The notes under the pieces are model-generated. The model made no database searches, was not told the DNA's origin, and saw only the letters and a list, made by a program, of their open reading frames with translations. From a bacterium (GTDB lineage Bacteria > Patescibacteriota > Minisyncoccia > UBA6257 > UBA9933): 64,000 bases of DNA. Below, in pieces: positions 48,274 through 56,846 of this stretch (position 1 is its first letter; every line of letters begins with the position of its first letter). The DNA lies in contig JAUYBE010000016.1 of assembly GCA_030693235.1 (NCBI GenBank), positions 35,917-99,916 of the forward strand, given 5' to 3'. Both the position numbers and the translations under genes were made by a program.

Positions 48274-48495
48274 TGGTTTCCTCCTTTCTTCTTGATATGA
48301 ATAGATTTTAACGAGTAGGTAAACTTAAACTCTATTGGAATAATTTACAGCAAAACAAAGAAAAAAGCAAGGTTAAAACAAAAAACAGAAATTCCCAAGA
48401 ATTTCTGCAACAAGCAATATGAAAAATTTTTCTTTTCTTCTTTCTCCTAAAACATGGTTCGAGCCGATATTTTTCTTCGGGTTCTTTTGCAGTTT

Positions 48496-48738
48496 TTATT
48501 TATTCGCCAAAACCGGTTCTTTAATTGATATTTTATTTTCTTTAACAAGATTTTTTACTCTAGCCAAAAATTTACTGGCTTCCAAGATTTCAATCAGCAC
48601 AGGGATGTTATTTTTGGTAAAATGAACAACAACATCGCCGATTTCTTTGGCGTAATCAATCGGCTTATTAGTAATTTCCCACATTAAAACATCAGCTTCC
48701 GGTTCGTATGAAATTTTTACTTTATTTTTATTTTTCAT
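48496..48738 (-). CDS. DUF2283-type antitoxin-like protein
   Basis: KISYEPEADVL...IEILEAS. Confidence 0.75.
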   Translation of the reverse strand: MKNKNKVKISYEPEADVLMWEITNKPIDYAKEIGDVVVHFTKNNIPVLIEILEASKFLARVKNLVKENKISIKEPVLANK

Positions 48739-48979
48739 ATTGTTTTTTTCTTGCAGGATAAAACGTAATAATTTTTATAATACCGAATTCTTGCTTATAG
48801 ACTACTCTCAAAACATGGCTTTTGTCAATTTTTAATTGAGCGATTAAAAGCGGCAATCTTGATCCATCAATTAAATCTGGTCTTTCTATGGTTTTTAAAA
48901 CCTGTTTTTCTGTAATCAAAAATTTATGCCTTTTTAAAATTTCAAATTTATTTCTGGCGTGTTTAGTAAAAATTATCAT
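48728..48979 (-). CDS. DUF4258-type RelE-fold toxin-like protein
   Basis: IFTKHA, LRVVY and IITFY motifs; overlaps the DUF2283 gene. Confidence 0.72.
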   Translation of the reverse strand: MIIFTKHARNKFEILKRHKFLITEKQVLKTIERPDLIDGSRLPLLIAQLKIDKSHVLRVVYKQEFGIIKIITFYPARKKQYEK

Positions 48980-48997
48980 AAATTAAAATAGTCGTTG

Positions 48998-49081
48998 TGC
49001 CGAGGGAGGGACTCGAACCCTCAAGGGCTTGCGCCCGTAACATTTTGAGTGTTATGCGGTTGCCAATTTCGCCACCTCGGC
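48998..49081 (-). tRNA. tRNA-Leu(CAA)
   Basis: Anticodon arm TAACA-CTCAAAA-TGTTA, variable arm, GGTTCGAGT. Confidence 0.92.
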
Positions 49082-49128
49082 TAAATTTTCATTGATAATA
49101 GCACAATTTTCTCTTATAGTAAAGAATT

Positions 49129-49890
49129 ATGACTCGCGTTATCGCAATCTGTAATCAAAAAGGCGGCGTTGGAAAAACAACTGCCGCTATAAATTTATCA
49201 ACTTATTTGGCGGTTTTGGGTAAAAAAGTTTTACTGATTGATTTTGACCCACAAGCCAACGCCACCTCGGGACTGGGAATAAATCCCAAAGAATTAAACG
49301 ACACTGTTTATCACGGCATCTTGGGATACGCCTCAATTGAAAATTTAATCAAGAATACGAAAATTTTTAATCACCATTTAATTCCGGCGAATCAGCATTT
49401 AGCCGGCGCTTTGGTGGAATTGGTCAATCTGGACGAGCGGGAATTTTTTCTTAAAAAATTCATAAACCGGCTCCGGCCTGAATACGATTATATTTTTATT
49501 GATTTGCCCCCTTCTTTGAGTTTGTTAACCGTCAATGGTTTAGCCGCCAGCGACGAAGTTTTAATTCCCATTCAATGCGAATATTACGGGCTTGAAGGCT
49601 TAGGCCAACTTTTGGAAACCGTTGACATGATTAACAATAATTTAAACCAAAATATTAAAATTGCCGGAGCGTTATTAACGATGTATGATAAAAGAGAAAA
49701 ATTGTCGCGGGAAGTGGCTTTTGAGGTCAGAAAACATTTTCCGCATTATGTTTTTGAAAATGAAATCCCCCGCTGCGTGTCATTGGCCGAAGCGCCGAGT
49801 TTTGGAAAACCGATTATTTTATATAATCCCGGTTCCAGCGGCGCCATGGCCTATGAAAGACTGGCGAGGGAAATAATTGGACGAGAATAA
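49129..49890 (+). CDS. parA: ParA/Soj ATPase
   Basis: NQKGGVGKTT, DPQANAT, DLPPSL and LAEAPSFG motifs. Confidence 0.95.
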   Translation: MTRVIAICNQKGGVGKTTAAINLSTYLAVLGKKVLLIDFDPQANATSGLGINPKELNDTVYHGILGYASIENLIKNTKIFNHHLIPANQHLAGALVELVNLDEREFFLKKFINRLRPEYDYIFIDLPPSLSLLTVNGLAASDEVLIPIQCEYYGLEGLGQLLETVDMINNNLNQNIKIAGALLTMYDKREKLSREVAFEVRKHFPHYVFENEIPRCVSLAEAPSFGKPIILYNPGSSGAMAYERLAREIIGRE

Positions 49891-49959
49891 AGTTTTTAGG
49901 TTTTAGTTTTTAGGTTTTAGTAAATTTCTAACACCTAACACCTAACACCTAACACCTAA
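49891..49959. repeat. Family C composite element filling the parA-parB gap
   Basis: (AGKTTTT)4-agtaaatttc-(TAACACC)4. Confidence 0.88.
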
Positions 49960-49963
49960 ATAA

Positions 49964-50947
49964 ATGTTAGGCAAAGGACTGGAATCTTTAATTCCAAAAA
50001 AACAAAACATTCAGTCTCCTCAACAAGGCCAACAAATCGACTCCAACGAAAAGCCGGCGGAGGGCGCTGATGCTTTTCGCGCAGCAACTCCTGTAAATAA
50101 GCCGGCGGCCAAAGACGCCATCTTTTATATTGAAACGGAAAAAATCAAACCCAATCCCCATCAACCACGCCGAGATTTCAACGAGGAATCTTTAAAAGAA
50201 TTGGCAAACTCCATTCGAGAACATGGTATTCTTCAACCCCTGATCGTTTCCAAAATTGAAAAAGAAACCGAATTCGGAACTAAAGTAGAATATCAATTAA
50301 TCGCTGGCGAAAGACGATTAAGAGCTTCTCAAATAGCGGGATTGGAAAGTGTGCCGGTAATTATTAAAAATATCGTTAAAGATGCCGAGCATCTGGAAAT
50401 GGCGATTGTTGAAAATCTGCAACGCGCTGATTTAAATCCGGTTGAAACCGCCCGGGCTTACGCCAAACTGCAAGATGTTTTCGGCTTGACCCAAAGAGAG
50501 GTCGCTCAACGCTTGGGCAAAAGCCGGGAAACCATTGCCAATACTTTAAGGCTTTTAAATCTGCCGACGGAAATTCAAGAAGCGGTTGCTAAAAATCAAA
50601 TCAATGAAAGCCAGGCGCGGTTGCTTTTGACGATTGGCGACCAAATTCAACAACAAAATCTTTTCAATGAAATTATTTCCAATAATTTAAGCGTCCGGGA
50701 ATTGCGACAGCGAATTCGGAAAACTTCACCCGTCATTGCGAGCGCAAGCGAAGCAATCTCGCCTATTGTTAATCCTGAAATCCTTAATTTTCAAGAACAG
50801 CTCACCGAACTTTTAGGAGCTAAAGTGAAAATTAAACCCTTCGGCAATGCTCAGGGCAAAGGCGGAGAAATTATTATTGATTTTTATTCGGCGGAAGAAA
50901 TTGAAGGAATAATAAAAAAACTTTCTCCGGAAAATAATTTGGAATAG
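49964..50947 (+). CDS. parB: ParB/Spo0J partition protein
   Basis: LGKGLESL, NPHQPR, IAGERRLRA and ENLQRADL motifs; HTH. Confidence 0.95.
   Translation: MLGKGLESLIPKKQNIQSPQQGQQIDSNEKPAEGADAFRAATPVNKPAAKDAIFYIETEKIKPNPHQPRRDFNEESLKELANSIREHGILQPLIVSKIEKETEFGTKVEYQLIAGERRLRASQIAGLESVPVIIKNIVKDAEHLEMAIVENLQRADLNPVETARAYAKLQDVFGLTQREVAQRLGKSRETIANTLRLLNLPTEIQEAVAKNQINESQARLLLTIGDQIQQQNLFNEIISNNLSVRELRQRIRKTSPVIASASEAISPIVNPEILNFQEQLTELLGAKVKIKPFGNAQGKGGEIIIDFYSAEEIEGIIKKLSPENNLE
50732..50760. repeat. Family A single arm, in frame in parB
   Basis: gtcattgcgagcgcaagcgaagcaatctc; encodes VIASASEAIS. Confidence 0.85.
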
Positions 50948-50961
50948 AGAATTTTTGTGTG

Positions 50962-51032
50962 TGGAGGTGCGGAGAATCGAACTCCGGTTTGATCAATGCG
51001 AATGACCCGTTATACCACTTAACTACACCCCC
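50962..51032 (-). tRNA. tRNA-Ala(CGC)
   Basis: G3-U70 pair; anticodon loop TTCGCAT. Confidence 0.9.
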
Positions 51033-51165
51033 CCCTATTCTGCTATAATATAACGAGGTAATTAAAAAATCAAAAGGGGTGAATAAAAATACCAACTCGC
51101 TTTTCCGTCGCCGCCAAATTTTCCGCCAGAGACAGACAGGCGTGTCAGCGAATCTGACGCGCCGC

Positions 51166-51885
51166 TTATTCTTTTGCTCTCGCCTTAATTTTTAATTTCT
51201 CTGGCAACTTCTCAATAGCATACCTCAAAGCTGTGCGAGGCATTAACTTTCTATTTTTGATTACAAAATCAAAAACCTCTTTCTGATGTAAATTACTTGC
51301 TTCCTTTAACATCCAACCATAACCTTTCTGCGCTAAATCTTCCTTATCTTGTAAAAGAATTTTTGCCGCACTAAAAGCTTCTTTTAAATATTTTCCTTTG
51401 CGCAGAGAATAGATTAAGACTACAGCGGAAGCACGGCGAAACCATTTATTGGATGATTTGGCCCATTGTTTTGTTTGTGGCAAAAATTCCGGAAATTGGC
51501 ATATAAATTCTCCAAAAGCGTGCGTACATAAATCATCACAACTGCCCCAAGTATCTACGTAGTTTTTGAGCCAGCTTTCAAAAATTTTATAATCCTCTTT
51601 CTGATATTGCTTTCTGATTCTGAAAGCCCAATCAAATGCGATGTCCCGATAACCGCTTCCATTAATTTTTAATAGTTTTTCGCATAAAGAAAAAATTTGC
51701 TTCTTTTCAAGATTTTTTACTTCTTTAAAATTTTTGAAAGCTACTTTTCTTACCAACGGAGTGGCAATGCCGATATGTATTTTGCCATCCTTGTGAAATT
51801 TTGAATAATCCTTAATGTTCTTAGGATTTTTACACAACTTTTTTAACTCAAAACTAATTTTTTCTAAAACATTTACAGTCCCCAT
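51166..51885 (-). CDS. DNA alkylation repair (AlkD-like) protein
   Basis: W...D.LC, WAKSSNKWFRRA, QKGYGWMLKE and RTALRYAIEK motifs. Confidence 0.85.
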   Translation of the reverse strand: MGTVNVLEKISFELKKLCKNPKNIKDYSKFHKDGKIHIGIATPLVRKVAFKNFKEVKNLEKKQIFSLCEKLLKINGSGYRDIAFDWAFRIRKQYQKEDYKIFESWLKNYVDTWGSCDDLCTHAFGEFICQFPEFLPQTKQWAKSSNKWFRRASAVVLIYSLRKGKYLKEAFSAAKILLQDKEDLAQKGYGWMLKEASNLHQKEVFDFVIKNRKLMPRTALRYAIEKLPEKLKIKARAKE

Positions 51886-51964
51886 ACTTTCCAATTTTTA
51901 GGAAAAGTTAATCCCAAAGTTCTGGAATAAACAATCAATTCGCCTTGGTGCAAGATTTCATAAT

Positions 51965-52090
51965 CTACTTTATTAAATCATCAACCAAAACCTCTAATGC
52001 TTTGGCGATTTTAGTTAAGGTTTTAATTGTAGGATTTTGATTAACGCCGTTTTCTATTTTTACAATGGTATTTAGCGATAAATCAACAAA
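51965..52090 (-). pseudogene. 5'-truncated XRE-family HTH regulator
   Basis: DLSLNTIVKIENGVNQNPTIKTLTKIAKALEVLVDDLIK*, no start codon found. Confidence 0.7.
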
Positions 52091-52189
52091 ATTTCTTTAA
52101 TAGCAATTTATCCTAAAGACATCTATCCCTTGAAAAACGCTAATGAAAAATTGAAAGAAAAATTTAAAAATTTTCTAAATGGCTAATTG

Positions 52190-52260
52190 TCGGGCCGCCC
52201 GGATTTGAACCGGAGCTAAATCCTCCCGAAGGACTCGTGCTACCGCTACACTACGGCCCG
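52190..52260 (-). tRNA. tRNA-Pro(CGG)
   Basis: CGGGCCG acceptor stem, anticodon loop TTCGGGA, GGTTCAAAT. Confidence 0.92.
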
Positions 52261-53066
52261 ATATTAATTATGGTTATTGCGATTTGTTCTCCATAAAATA
52301 TTTGAGATAAATTTTTGACCCTTTCCGAATCCTCTGTTGTCAGAAAAATTCTCTTGCCGGTTTTTGATAATTTATTTTCTATTTCCGGATGCCGCGCCAA
52401 ATAATTCCTTAATTTCTCCGCGATAATCGGTCCCTGAGAAATCACCTTAATGCCTAGCGACAAATATTTTTTAATTTTATCTTCAATAATCGCGTAATGG
52501 GTACAGCCCAAAATAATCGTATCAATTTTTCGACTTTTTGAGAATAGCTGATTTAAATATTTTTCAATCGCCAAATCCAAATTTTTCTGTTCAATCTCGC
52601 CGGCTTCAATAATCGGAACTAAAAGCGGGCAAGCCTGCTGATAAACTTTAATTTCAGGAAAAAATTTATTAATTTCTTTTTGGTAAGTCAGGGAATTAAC
52701 CGTCGCCTCTGTAGCCAATACTCCAATTTCTCGCGTGTTCGTAAATCTGCCAATTTCTTCGGCAGTCGGAATAATGATGCCAAGAACTCGCTTCTCAGAA
52801 TAGTGCTTCTGTAGAAATTCCCGCTGAATTTTTCTTAAAGCCGCGCTTGAAGAAGTATTGCAAGCCAAAACCACCAATTCCGCGTCGCGCCTAAATAATT
52901 CCTCAACGCCTTCAACGGTAAATTTATAGATTATTTCCTGACTTCTTGAACCATAAGGAGTCCGGGCGTTGTCGCCTAAATAAATATAAGAATATTCCGG
53001 CAAAATTTTAACAACCTCTTTTAGAATTGTTAAGCCGCCGAGTCCGGAATCAAAAAAACCAATCAT
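52251..53066 (-). CDS. murI: Glutamate racemase
   Basis: FDSGLGGL, PYG, ACNT and LGCTHY motifs. Confidence 0.95.
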   Translation of the reverse strand: MIGFFDSGLGGLTILKEVVKILPEYSYIYLGDNARTPYGSRSQEIIYKFTVEGVEELFRRDAELVVLACNTSSSAALRKIQREFLQKHYSEKRVLGIIIPTAEEIGRFTNTREIGVLATEATVNSLTYQKEINKFFPEIKVYQQACPLLVPIIEAGEIEQKNLDLAIEKYLNQLFSKSRKIDTIILGCTHYAIIEDKIKKYLSLGIKVISQGPIIAEKLRNYLARHPEIENKLSKTGKRIFLTTEDSERVKNLSQIFYGEQIAITIINIGP

Positions 53067-53160
53067 AAAATTAGTATAAATCAATTCATTCTATCTCGCC
53101 AACCAAATTAGCATGCTCTAACCCAATAGAGCGCTCTATCGCGATAGAGCGGTAGAAAAA

Positions 53161-53194
53161 TAAAAAAGAGGATAAAAAACTTTATCCTTTTTTA
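53161..53194 (-). terminator. Probable terminator hairpin
   Basis: aaaaaagaggataaa-aaac-tttatccttttt. Confidence 0.45.
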
Positions 53195-53264
53195 GTAAAT
53201 ATAAAAATACTTATTAATTATTTACTATCCTATCCTGACGATCGTTTAGATAAGATAGTGATTC

Positions 53265-54788
53265 TTATTTCACGTAAAATTTCTTTTTCATTTCTTCTTC
53301 TATTCCTGATTCAAATTCTTCTTTCTTTCCCCTGCTAATTTTGGCTAATTTTTCAAGCTCAATATCCGACAACTTCCCTAAATCCTGAATCCTGAATTCT
53401 AAATTCTCCTTCGTATTCTTTTCGGGATTTTCAATAACTTCGTCCAACAAAACGGACAAAATCCGACCCACTCGCGGGCCCGGCTCTATGCCCAAAATTT
53501 TCATCACATCCTCTCCGTTGACTTTCAGCATTTTCGGCGAAATCGGGTCTTGCTTCACTTTTTCAATCATAAAAAGCAAGTGCCGCAGTTTATATGGCAC
53601 GGCTTTGGGCACACCCGAACCGATTCTATCCGCTTCCCTGATTTTTATAAAATCATCGACATTTTCCGGACCGACGCGCGCCAAAAATCTGCGCACTCCG
53701 GCTTCGGAGACTTCGCCGACATTGTAATAAAAAAGGTGATAACGAACCAAATGAATAATTTTTTCCGCCAAATCTTTCGGGAAACGAAGCCTATCTAAAA
53801 TTTCGGCGGCTAATTTTGCGCTGACTATTTCGTGATTGTAAAAAGTGCAATCAAGCCCTTCGCCGACTTTGGTCGCCGGTTTGCCGATATCGTGCAAAAG
53901 CGCCGCCAATCGAATTTCCAAAGAATAATTTTTCTTGGCGGCGTAATCCAGCGCTTTTAAATTATGTTCCCAGACCGTGTAAATATGATGCTTATTCTGG
54001 CCGACGCCGATGCCGTCGCGGAGTTCCGGCGCGATAAACCGCAACAAACCCAAATCTTCCAATAATTGAATTCCTGAAACCGCCTTTTCAGCCATTAAAA
54101 TTTTAATAAACTCATCGCGGATTCTTTCTTTGGCAATCATTTCCAACAAACCGGCTTGTTTTTTGACCGCCACGGCGGTCTTTCCTTGTATTGAAAAATC
54201 CAGTTCCGTCGCAAATCGAACGGCTCGCATCAACCTTAAAGCGTCTTCATTAAAACGATCTTCGGGATTGCCGACGGCTCGAATTATTTTATTTTTAATA
54301 TCATCTTGGCCGTTAAAGGGGTCTACTAATTCAGGTTTTAGGTTTTGGGTGTTAGGTTTTAGAGCGATAGCGTTGATAGTAAAATCCCGTCTGCCTAAAT
54401 CTTCTTCAATTGTTTCGGCGAATTTAATTTCATCGGGGTGGCGCTTGTCAGTATATTTTCCTTCTATTCTGAATGTTGTAATTTCTATGATTTTTAACGA
54501 TTCATTATCAGAGCCGGTCTTAACACCAACGGTGCCGAATTTATTTTCATAAACGGTGGCAGGCTTGTCCGCCGTAGCTCCGGCGAAGGTGGAAAAAATC
54601 TTTTGAATTTCTTCGGGTTTTGCGTCGGTGGCAACATCCCAATCTTTCGGTTCCCGCCCCATTAATAAATCGCGAACGCAGCCGCCAACCAAATAAGCAT
54701 TATAGCCGCTAGCCACTAGTTTATTAGCCACTAAAATAATTTCTTCGGGAATACTTGCCCTGAATTTTACTGAAGGGTTGAAATTCAT
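53265..54788 (-). CDS. cca: CCA-adding tRNA nucleotidyltransferase with HD domain
   Basis: VGGCVRD, DWDVAT, RRDFTINA, EDALRLMRA and LLHDIGK motifs. Confidence 0.9.
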   Translation of the reverse strand: MNFNPSVKFRASIPEEIILVANKLVASGYNAYLVGGCVRDLLMGREPKDWDVATDAKPEEIQKIFSTFAGATADKPATVYENKFGTVGVKTGSDNESLKIIEITTFRIEGKYTDKRHPDEIKFAETIEEDLGRRDFTINAIALKPNTQNLKPELVDPFNGQDDIKNKIIRAVGNPEDRFNEDALRLMRAVRFATELDFSIQGKTAVAVKKQAGLLEMIAKERIRDEFIKILMAEKAVSGIQLLEDLGLLRFIAPELRDGIGVGQNKHHIYTVWEHNLKALDYAAKKNYSLEIRLAALLHDIGKPATKVGEGLDCTFYNHEIVSAKLAAEILDRLRFPKDLAEKIIHLVRYHLFYYNVGEVSEAGVRRFLARVGPENVDDFIKIREADRIGSGVPKAVPYKLRHLLFMIEKVKQDPISPKMLKVNGEDVMKILGIEPGPRVGRILSVLLDEVIENPEKNTKENLEFRIQDLGKLSDIELEKLAKISRGKKEEFESGIEEEMKKKFYVK

Positions 54789-54833
54789 TGTTTTTAATTA
54801 TAAACTAAAAATTACGAACTATAAACTAATTTT

Positions 54834-54905
54834 GCCCTCGTAGTCTAATGGATAAAACGCGAGCCTTCGAAGCTCGATTTGGGGGTTCGAGTCCCTCCGA
54901 GGGCA
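54834..54905 (+). tRNA. tRNA-Arg(TCG)
   Basis: Anticodon arm CGAGC-CTTCGAA-GCTCG. Confidence 0.9.
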
Positions 54906-54911
54906 CATAAA

Positions 54912-54984
54912 GCGCCCATAGCTCAGTTGGCAGAGCAATTGCCTCTTAAGCAAAAGGTCCCAGGTTCGAGCCCTGGTGGGCGCA
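54912..54984 (+). tRNA. tRNA-Lys(CTT)
   Basis: TAGCTCAGTTGG D arm; anticodon loop CTCTTAA. Confidence 0.92.
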
Positions 54985-54990
54985 CAAAAA

Positions 54991-55200
54991 ATGATTAAAA
55001 AAACATTAATTTTTATAATTATTTTATTTGCTTTACTTGGCCTGTATTTTATTTATAATTATTTTATTCAGCCGAGTAGTGAAGCGCCGATTGAAATAAA
55101 TAATGGTCAAATTCAAGAAATTCCAATAAGCGACGGCTTTCGAGGACCAAGCGGTTCGCCTTCAATAAAAGGCCCGAGCGGTCCACCGCCGGAAAATTAG
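54991..55200 (+). CDS. Small membrane-anchored protein
   Basis: MIKK plus TM helix; GPSG repeats. Confidence 0.55.
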   Translation: MIKKTLIFIIILFALLGLYFIYNYFIQPSSEAPIEINNGQIQEIPISDGFRGPSGSPSIKGPSGPPPEN

Positions 55201-55229
55201 GTGTTAGGTTTTAGTTTTTAGTTTAAATT

Positions 55230-55303
55230 GCGGGTGTAATATAGTGGTAATATACGTGCTTGCCAAGTACGATACGAGGGTTCGATTCCCTTCACCCGCT
55301 CCA
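55230..55303 (+). tRNA. tRNA-Gly(GCC)
   Basis: GCGGGTG acceptor stem, loop TTGCCAA, encoded CCA. Confidence 0.93.
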
Positions 55304-55332
55304 GAAACTAATTAATCTCTCATTCGTTTTAT

Positions 55333-55878
55333 ATGTTAGATGGCGAAAAACAACTAATTGAACGAGCCATTAGAGGTGAGGCCTCGGCTTTTGGCCTGCT
55401 TTACGATAGATATCAAACGCAGATTTACAGATTTATTTATCTTAAGGTCAGCCATCGTGAGGAGGCCGAGGATCTCACTCACCAGGTATTTTTGAAAAGC
55501 TGGCAGACTATCAGCGGATATAAATTTCAAGGACTTCCTTTTTCCAGTTGGCTTTACAGAATTGCCAGAAACCAGGTTATTGATTATTACCGCACCAAAA
55601 AAAATAATTTAAATATTGAAGAAATAAGCGAATCAAAAATTGATGATTCGTCCATTGAGGTAATTGAAATCCTTGACGATAATTCAAACGTTAAAAAAAT
55701 CAAGGAGGCCATTAAACAGCTTAATCCCGGACATCAAGACGTTATAATTTTAAGATTTATTGAAGAGTTGTCGCTTAAAGAAACCGCCTCGGCTTTGAAA
55801 AAAAGCGAAATGGCGGTTAAATTGCTCCAACATCGAGCTATAAAAAATTTAAAGAAAATTTTAGGAAACAATGAATAA
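55333..55878 (+). CDS. ECF sigma-70 factor
   Basis: AFGLLYDRY, AEDLT, SWLYRIARN; region 4 HTH. Confidence 0.92.
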   Translation: MLDGEKQLIERAIRGEASAFGLLYDRYQTQIYRFIYLKVSHREEAEDLTHQVFLKSWQTISGYKFQGLPFSSWLYRIARNQVIDYYRTKKNNLNIEEISESKIDDSSIEVIEILDDNSNVKKIKEAIKQLNPGHQDVIILRFIEELSLKETASALKKSEMAVKLLQHRAIKNLKKILGNNE

Positions 55879-56356
55879 AAATTTATTGGAAAATTTAAAA
55901 GAGCTTCGTCAAATTCAACCCGATTCCAACTATACAACGCGGTCTCGATTTTTAATACTCGCGGAACCGACCGCAACCGAAAATTTACCGGGATTTAAAA
56001 TAACGCAAATTTACAAACCGGCGTTCGCGATAGGATTAATCAGTATCTTTGTTTTAATGGCGCTTGGAGGCATTTATCAAATAATCAAACCGGGCCAAAA
56101 CGATTTAGTGGTCAGAGCCAACGAGATCAACAGCTCTATTCAAGTGAAATTAGATGAAATTAAATATCTTATTGAGAATAATAATCATCTCAACGCGGAA
56201 AACATTCTCAATATTCAAGCTTTGTTGGAAAAAACGACCAATGAGCTCAAAGAAGCTTCAATTTTAAGCCAAGAGAATAAAGATTTGGGAAAATCCTTGG
56301 AAAAAATAAAGTCCGCTCAAGAAATTCTTCTCCAAATCGACGCGATGCTTCAATAA
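55871..56356 (+). CDS. Single-TM protein, putative anti-sigma factor
   Basis: Overlaps the sigma stop codon; central TM helix. Confidence 0.55.
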   Translation: MNKNLLENLKELRQIQPDSNYTTRSRFLILAEPTATENLPGFKITQIYKPAFAIGLISIFVLMALGGIYQIIKPGQNDLVVRANEINSSIQVKLDEIKYLIENNNHLNAENILNIQALLEKTTNELKEASILSQENKDLGKSLEKIKSAQEILLQIDAMLQ

Positions 56357-56394
56357 AAAATCCCGCCTGAAAAACAAGGCGGGATTTTTTATTG
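56351..56394. terminator. Bidirectional intrinsic terminator
   Basis: caataaaaaatcccgcct-loop-aggcgggattttttattg between convergent genes. Confidence 0.85.
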
Positions 56395-56398
56395 AAAT

Positions 56399-56674
56399 TT
56401 ACTTCACCGCGTCTTTAAGCGCTTTGCCTGCTTTAAATTTCGGCTTTATTGAAGCCGCGATTTGAATTTTTTCTCCGGTCTTGGGGTTAATTCCCATCCG
56501 AGCCGCTCTTTTCATCACTTTGAAAGCGCCGAAACCGGTGATCGCCACTTCTTCGCCGCGAGCCAATGTTTTGGTAATTGTATCAAAAAACGCTTCAACG
56601 GTTTCGGCGGCTTGTTTTTTCACTTCTATGCCGGTGGCTTTCATTATTGCCTCGATAAATTCTGCTTTGTTCAT
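56399..56674 (-). CDS. hup: HU DNA-binding protein
   Basis: MNKAE, GFGAF, GINPKTGE and FKAGKALKDAV motifs. Confidence 0.95.
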   Translation of the reverse strand: MNKAEFIEAIMKATGIEVKKQAAETVEAFFDTITKTLARGEEVAITGFGAFKVMKRAARMGINPKTGEKIQIAASIKPKFKAGKALKDAVK

Positions 56675-56680
56675 TTAATA

Positions 56681-56749
56681 ATTAGGTGTTAGGTGTTGGG
56701 TGTTGGGTGTTAGAATTTACTAAAACCTAAAAACTATAACCTAAAACCT
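56681..56749. repeat. Family C composite element in the HU leader
   Basis: Near reverse complement of 49891-49959. Confidence 0.88.
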
Positions 56750-56846
56750 TACTATCCTCGACCTTTGGTTTAAGTATGTCAAATTATATAGGAAAAGTCT
56801 ACCTTTTTATTGTCAATCGTCAACAGTCAAAAGTCAATAGTTTTCA

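Noticed and set aside
49129-50947. parS sites or plasmid origin near parAB
   Set aside because: No TGTTTCACGTGAAACA-like site noticed by eye, and the context of tRNAs and core genes is chromosomal.
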